NCBI GenBank assembly: GCA_947491605.1
Contig: CANLJW010000001.1
Coordinates: 8,829-72,828 of the forward strand
Length of the DNA stretch: 64,000 bases
Source: Actinomycetota bacterium
GTDB lineage: Bacteria; Actinomycetota; Actinomycetes; Nanopelagicales; Nanopelagicaceae
Direction: 5' to 3'
A program made the position numbers and the translations under genes. Shown one piece after another: positions 60,050 through 64,000 of the stretch. The first letter of the stretch is position 1, and each line of letters opens with the position of its first letter. Below the pieces are notes generated by a model. The model saw only the letters and a list, made by a program, of their open reading frames with translations. It made no database searches and was not told where the DNA came from.

Positions 60050-61336
60050 TTATCCTTCCACTTTCATATTTTTAATTTCAGAATTGTTTGAACCGTTGCT
60101 GCTTGCATGGCGCCAGTTCTCAGGCAGCAAGTGGTCAAGCACATCATCAACAGTTACTACGCCAAGCAATCTCTCATTTGGGTCCACGATTGGCACAGCT
60201 AGTAGGTTATAACTCGCAAGATATGAAGAAACCTCACTAAGTGGCACCTCGGGAGCTAACGGTGTTGTCGTAATATCAACGATTGCGCCAAGCAATGTTG
60301 CTGGCGGCTCGCGTAATAATCGTTGAAAATGCACGATTCCAATGAATCTTCCAGTTGGCGTTTCGAGCGGCGGCCGGCAAACATAAACTTGCGAAGCAAG
60401 TGCTGGTGGAATTTCACTCCGCCGTACTGTAGCTAGCGCTTCCGCAACCGAAGTATCAGCAGTTAACACAATTGGCTCAGTAGTCATCATGCCACCGGCA
60501 GAATAATCTTCATAACGCATTAAGCGCCGCACATCTTCGGCTTCTTCTGGTTCCATTAATTCTAAAAGTTTTTGGGCGCGTTCTTGTCCGATTTCACGGA
60601 GCAAATCAGCGGCATCATCAGGATCCATTTCACCAAGTACATCGGCAGCACGCTCGCCTTCTAATTCTGCAAGCAATTCCACTCGAGCGCTTTCATCCAT
60701 CTCTTCTAAAACATCGGCAAGGCGCTCGTCATCTAATGCGCGTGCAACTTCTACTCGACGCTTTAACGCTAAATCGTGCAAAACTAACGCTAAATCGGGA
60801 GCTCGTAAATTTGCCAAAGTTGCTAACAAATTACTTACACCTTGATTAGATTCTAAAGTTGCAATACCTGAAATATCTTCCCAATCAATAGTTGAGGAAG
60901 CACCGCGGCGACGTAACCCACGACCCTTGCGCATAACGTGTACTCGAGTTAGAAACCAATCTCCGCTTCGATTAATTTCCATCGCGATATCTTCAACTAA
61001 AACTGGTTCTGCAGAATCAACTAATGTAACAGTCCGATCTAAAAGCTCACCGATTACTAAGATTTCACTCGTTCGTTGTTCGTAACGCCGCATGTTTAAT
61101 GTGCCGGTGATGACAACTGTGCCATTTTCAATCGAGGTAACTCGAGTAATTGGAATAAAAATTCGGCGTCGTGGCGGAACTTCAACTATCAAACCTAAAA
61201 CTCTTGGTGGTTGATTATTTACCCGAAGGGTCGCCACAGCATCTCGCACCTTGCCAACTTGATCCCCGTTGGGTTCAAAGACTGCTGTCCCTGCTAGCCG
61301 GGCGAGGAATACACGATCCATTACATTCCCGCTCAT
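60050..61336 (-). CDS. MgtE N-terminal domain + CBS-pair protein without membrane domain (Rv1232c-like)
   Basis: PRC-barrel-like N-terminus, acidic MgtE_N repeats (ADVLEEMDE..AADVLGEMDPDDAADLL..LMEPEEAEDV), two CBS motifs, no TM. Start set to ATG 61336 (TATCCT plus 7 nt); the ORF is open to 61369. Confidence 0.85.
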   Translation of the reverse strand: MSGNVMDRVFLARLAGTAVFEPNGDQVGKVRDAVATLRVNNQPPRVLGLIVEVPPRRRIFIPITRVTSIENGTVVITGTLNMRRYEQRTSEILVIGELLDRTVTLVDSAEPVLVEDIAMEINRSGDWFLTRVHVMRKGRGLRRRGASSTIDWEDISGIATLESNQGVSNLLATLANLRAPDLALVLHDLALKRRVEVARALDDERLADVLEEMDESARVELLAELEGERAADVLGEMDPDDAADLLREIGQERAQKLLELMEPEEAEDVRRLMRYEDYSAGGMMTTEPIVLTADTSVAEALATVRRSEIPPALASQVYVCRPPLETPTGRFIGIVHFQRLLREPPATLLGAIVDITTTPLAPEVPLSEVSSYLASYNLLAVPIVDPNERLLGVVTVDDVLDHLLPENWRHASSNGSNNSEIKNMKVEG

Positions 61337-61343
61337 AGCACAA

Positions 61344-61349
61344 AGGATA
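61344..61349 (-). promoter_or_regulatory. -10-like TANNNT hexamer, candidate leaderless promoter of the MgtE_N-CBS gene
   Basis: Minus strand TATCCT, then 7 nt, then ATG 61336. Confidence 0.4.
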
Positions 61350-61458
61350 GTCCTTGAAATCGCCGGCATGCGATACTAATTATTGGATCAAATTTTAATT
61401 ATCTAACTGTTACTAATCTCGTGCAGCCAGCCATTAGTTGGGGTTAGCGCTTACCCCG

Positions 61459-61464
61459 TAGCAT
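61459..61464 (+). promoter_or_regulatory. -10-like TANNNT hexamer, candidate leaderless promoter of the PHP gene
   Basis: TAGCAT, then 6 nt, then GTG 61471. Confidence 0.45.
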
Positions 61465-61470
61465 GATGCA

Positions 61471-62316
61471 GTGATTGATTTACATACCCATTCCAACATG
61501 AGCGACGGTACAGATTCACCAAGTGAGTTGATTCGAAAAGCAGAAGCAGCTGGAATTTCTTTGTTAGCCCTAACTGATCACGACACTATTTCTGGCTGGC
61601 AAGCGGCTTGCGCTGCACTCACCCCTGGGATGGATTTAGTTCTTGGCGCTGAAATATCTTGTCAGACCGAAGCAGGTATCAGCATTCATATGTTGGGCTT
61701 GTTATTTGATCCAGAAAATGAAGCGCTGTTAACGGAACTTGCTAAAACTCGCGAGAATCGATTAACTCGGATGGACCGAATTATTGAAAAATTAAATGCG
61801 GCTGGAATCGAAATATCGATTGAAGATGTGATGGCGCAACTAAGTGATGGCGCAACTCTAGGACGGCCTCACTTAGCAGATGCACTTATTGCAAAAGGGC
61901 ATGTAGATAGCCGAGAAGCTGCGTTTACAGCGTTACTTCATAATGGTTCCAAATATTACGTTTCACATTATTCGCCAACCCCAGAAGCTGCGATTAGATT
62001 AATTAAAGCTGCAGGCGGGGTAGCAGTTATTGCACATCCATATGCGTCACAAAGGGGAAAAATCATAACCGCAGAATCTTTTACAAGTTTAGTTGAAGCT
62101 GGATTAGATGGAATTGAAGTAGATCATCGTGACCATAACGAAAGTGAAAAAGCTGCGCTTTTGCGCGTGGCTTATTCTTATGATTTAGCAATAACTGGTG
62201 CTAGTGATTACCATGGGAGCGGTAAAATAAATCAGTTGGCGGAAAATACGACAGCGCTAATGCAGTGGGAAAAACTTGAATCGCGAGCTAATAATCGACG
62301 GGTGGTGCGAAAGTGA
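61471..62316 (+). CDS. PHP-domain phosphoesterase (TrpH/YciV-like)
   Basis: IDLHTHSNMSDG metal-binding start, TDHD, IAHP, SDYHG. Confidence 0.88.
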   Translation: MIDLHTHSNMSDGTDSPSELIRKAEAAGISLLALTDHDTISGWQAACAALTPGMDLVLGAEISCQTEAGISIHMLGLLFDPENEALLTELAKTRENRLTRMDRIIEKLNAAGIEISIEDVMAQLSDGATLGRPHLADALIAKGHVDSREAAFTALLHNGSKYYVSHYSPTPEAAIRLIKAAGGVAVIAHPYASQRGKIITAESFTSLVEAGLDGIEVDHRDHNESEKAALLRVAYSYDLAITGASDYHGSGKINQLAENTTALMQWEKLESRANNRRVVRK

Positions 62317-62930
62317 ATCTAGAGAATATTTCCGCAGTTACATTTGGATTACAGGCGTTTGTAACTCTATTTGTAATTATGGATCCACCTGGAGCAACAC
62401 CAATATTTTTGAGTTTAGTAAAAAATAAACCTGCTGCAATTCGCAATCGCTTAGCTTGGCAAGGCGCGGCCGTCTCCTTTTTTGTAATTACACTCTTTGC
62501 ACTTTTCGGTCGCTTGATTTTAAATTACTTAAATATTTCGATTCCAGCGCTGCAAGGCGCGGGCGGTTTGCTATTGCTTTTGGTTTCTTTAGAATTATTA
62601 CAAGGCGGTAAAAATGACAGCGCCAATCAGAAAGATGTAAATGTTGCGCTAGTGCCGCTGGGAACTCCACTACTTGCGGGCCCCGGCGCGATAGTTGCAA
62701 CCATGTTATTCGTTCAGAAAGTTGATGATGTTAAAAGTGGAATTGCTTTAATTTTGGCGGTTATTGGAGTCCACCTAGTAATCGGTCTCTCACTAATGTT
62801 TTCTACGAAAATAGTTTCCCTGATTAAAGAATCTGGAGTGATGTTAGTTGCTCGAATCGCAGGATTGCTGCTCGCTGCAATCGCATTCGAGATGGTTATT
62901 AATTCGATAAAAGCCTTCTTTAACCTTTAA
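62313..62930 (+). CDS. MarC family membrane protein
   Basis: GTGA overlap with the PHP stop. 6 TM. VIMDPPGATPIF and PLGTPLLAGPGAI motifs. Confidence 0.88.
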   Translation: MNLENISAVTFGLQAFVTLFVIMDPPGATPIFLSLVKNKPAAIRNRLAWQGAAVSFFVITLFALFGRLILNYLNISIPALQGAGGLLLLLVSLELLQGGKNDSANQKDVNVALVPLGTPLLAGPGAIVATMLFVQKVDDVKSGIALILAVIGVHLVIGLSLMFSTKIVSLIKESGVMLVARIAGLLLAAIAFEMVINSIKAFFNL

Positions 62931-63190
62931 CGCGAACCAAACCCAACTTTACGTTCAGTGGGATCGCCGATCTCTACGAAACCAATTTTTGCGGCAGGAA
63001 CAATAACTTGTCGACCTTTGACATCATCCAATACCAAAGCGCTGCCTGAGTTAATTGCAGAGTTTACGAGAGCAAGCACATCACTTTTAGAAAGTGCGAC
63101 CTCTAACTCAACTTCGCGACTTAAATCAGAGATAGAAATCCGGACTTCACAGCTGCTATCAGGTTTAGTTGAACTTTTCTTAGTTGTCAT
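62927..63190 (-). CDS. DUF3107 family protein (TB9.4-like)
   Basis: VRISI..E.E.......V...V..A.......L.L.D.KGR.V.VPAAKIGFVEIGDP..RKVGFG pattern. Adjacent TetR as for Rv3208/Rv3208A. Confidence 0.75.
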   Translation of the reverse strand: MTTKKSSTKPDSSCEVRISISDLSREVELEVALSKSDVLALVNSAINSGSALVLDDVKGRQVIVPAAKIGFVEIGDPTERKVGFGSR

Positions 63191-63196
63191 AATTGA

Positions 63197-63202
63197 ATCT
63201 TA
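63197..63202 (-). promoter_or_regulatory. -10-like TANNNT hexamer, candidate leaderless promoter of the DUF3107 gene
   Basis: Minus strand TAAGAT, then 6 nt, then ATG 63190. Confidence 0.45.
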
Positions 63203-63226
63203 TCGTTTTGGCTAGAATTTGCAGAA

Positions 63227-63874
63227 TTACTTATTTTCATTTTGATTTAACGGGAAACCAGATATTCCTCGCCAAATCAGGTTGGTTACCAAATTTGCGG
63301 CTTGTTCTCGGTTTAATTTTCCATCGCGATCTAACCAATGACGCGCTGTTATTTGGGCACTCCCAATTACGCCAATTGCCAGAATCATTGATGCTTCTCT
63401 TGGAAGTCCAGTATCTAGCGAAATCACTGCGCTTACTGCAGCAGCGCAATCGTAAGTCATCCGATTTAATCGTTCGCGTACTTGTGGTTCAACGCTCATA
63501 TCACTTTCAAATAATAATCTAAATGCTTCACTTTCACTGTCGATGAAACCAAAATATGCATCGATGGTTGCTTTAACTCTGGAAGAATTATCCGGCGTTG
63601 ATGCAATTGCGGTTTGGATTGCGAATACCAACGAATCAATATGAACATCGAGTACCGCTAAATAAAGTTCTAATTTTGAAGGAAAGTGCTGATATAAGAC
63701 GGGTTTACTGACATTAGCGCGATCGGCAATTTCATCCATCGCTGCAGCGTGGTAGCCAGCCGCGGTGAAAACTTCAAGAGCAGCAGCAAGAAGTTGGGCT
63801 CGACGCTCGTCCCGCGGCAACCGCGCACGGTTTTCACTCTTGCTATCTGAATTATCAGTACTCACTGGCAACAT
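63227..63874 (-). CDS. TetR family transcriptional regulator
   Basis: N-terminal HTH RRAQLLAAALEVFTAAGYHAAAMDEIADRANVSKPVLYQHFPSK. Confidence 0.9.
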   Translation of the reverse strand: MLPVSTDNSDSKSENRARLPRDERRAQLLAAALEVFTAAGYHAAAMDEIADRANVSKPVLYQHFPSKLELYLAVLDVHIDSLVFAIQTAIASTPDNSSRVKATIDAYFGFIDSESEAFRLLFESDMSVEPQVRERLNRMTYDCAAAVSAVISLDTGLPREASMILAIGVIGSAQITARHWLDRDGKLNREQAANLVTNLIWRGISGFPLNQNENK

Positions 63875-63880
63875 CGTACG

Positions 63881-63886
63881 ACATTA
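63881..63886 (-). promoter_or_regulatory. -10-like TANNNT hexamer, candidate leaderless promoter of the TetR gene
   Basis: Minus strand TAATGT, then 6 nt, then ATG 63874. Confidence 0.45.
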
Positions 63887-63898
63887 ATTGTTGCTATG

Positions 63899-63919
63899 GG
63901 TTAAAGTCGCGCTTTAACC
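63899..63919. promoter_or_regulatory. 8-5-8 perfect inverted repeat, candidate TetR operator
   Basis: GGTTAAAG-TCGCG-CTTTAACC in the 76-bp divergent region between the TetR gene and the PIG-L gene. Confidence 0.4.
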
Positions 63920-63950
63920 GCAATCATTAAGATTATTTTCGGGGGAGTTT

Positions 63951-64000
63951 ATGGCCAAGAGCGCTCGATTATTACTAGTTCACGCGCACCCAGATGATGA
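63951..64000 (+). CDS. PIG-L family deacetylase (MshB/Mca-like), 3' end cut by window edge
   Basis: ATG 63951 after GGGGGAG. MAKSARLLLVHAHPDDE matches the MshB/Mca N-terminal zinc motif. Only 16 codons are visible. Confidence 0.65.
   Translation, partial: MAKSARLLLVHAHPDD

Noticed and set aside
61337-61470. Possible M-box (Mg2+) riboswitch upstream of the MgtE_N-CBS gene; also a GGGGT..ACCCC hairpin at about 61440-61457.
   Set aside because: The spacer is far shorter than an M-box aptamer. The gene appears leaderless, and the short hairpin lies between divergent promoters with no T-tract.
1-64000. I looked for CRISPR repeats, IS/transposase or integrase genes, tRNA/rRNA genes, prophage or toxin-antitoxin and defence-system signatures, and long direct or inverted repeats.
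   Set aside because: None found by eye. Every ORF over 60 aa outside shadow frames is accounted for by a housekeeping or conserved actinobacterial family, and no intergenic gap exceeds 167 bp.

Overview
This is a densely packed window (about 97% coding) of core chromosome. It most likely comes from a streamlined, low-GC actinobacterium: local GC is about 43% in the segments I hand-counted. The gene order copies Mycobacterium/Streptomyces blocks: uvrD1/pcrA-sucCD-perM-purNH; accA3-maf-accE5-accD5-birA-gtrA-purKE; dapD-LOG-DUF3117; OMT-htrA-tatB-mrp-DUF1003-MgtE_N. An acI/Nanopelagicales-type origin is inference only. I call 66 CDS, two of them cut by the window edges. They cover purine biosynthesis, the TCA cycle, and a propionyl-CoA to succinyl-CoA route (PCC plus a split B12 methylmalonyl-CoA mutase). 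There is a 15-kb nucleoside uptake and catabolism cluster on both strands, plus putA and a cell-envelope glycopolymer cluster. I found no rRNA, tRNA, CRISPR array, transposase, integrase or recognisable defence system, so there is no evidence here for a large new multi-gene system. The observations most worth follow-up are: (1) a structured 5' leader with an anti-SD element upstream of the orphan msiK-like ATPase, a candidate msiK RNA motif; (2) a recurrent TANNNT hexamer 6-7 nt upstream of 15 start codons that lack a Shine-Dalgarno, indicating widespread leaderless transcription and re-setting several start sites; (3) a catalytic-domain-deleted aldehyde dehydrogenase paralogue translationally coupled to an intact ALDH beside deoC; (4) a split MgtE-like pair, a cytosolic MgtE_N-CBS protein plus a DUF1003 membrane protein; (5) a stand-alone sigma region-4 mini-protein, in a locus where the sigE-rseA pair expected upstream of htrA is absent; (6) a 59-aa DUF3117 gene that falls below the ORF-track cutoff. 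All product calls rest on motifs I read in the translations and on remembered synteny. No database search was run.
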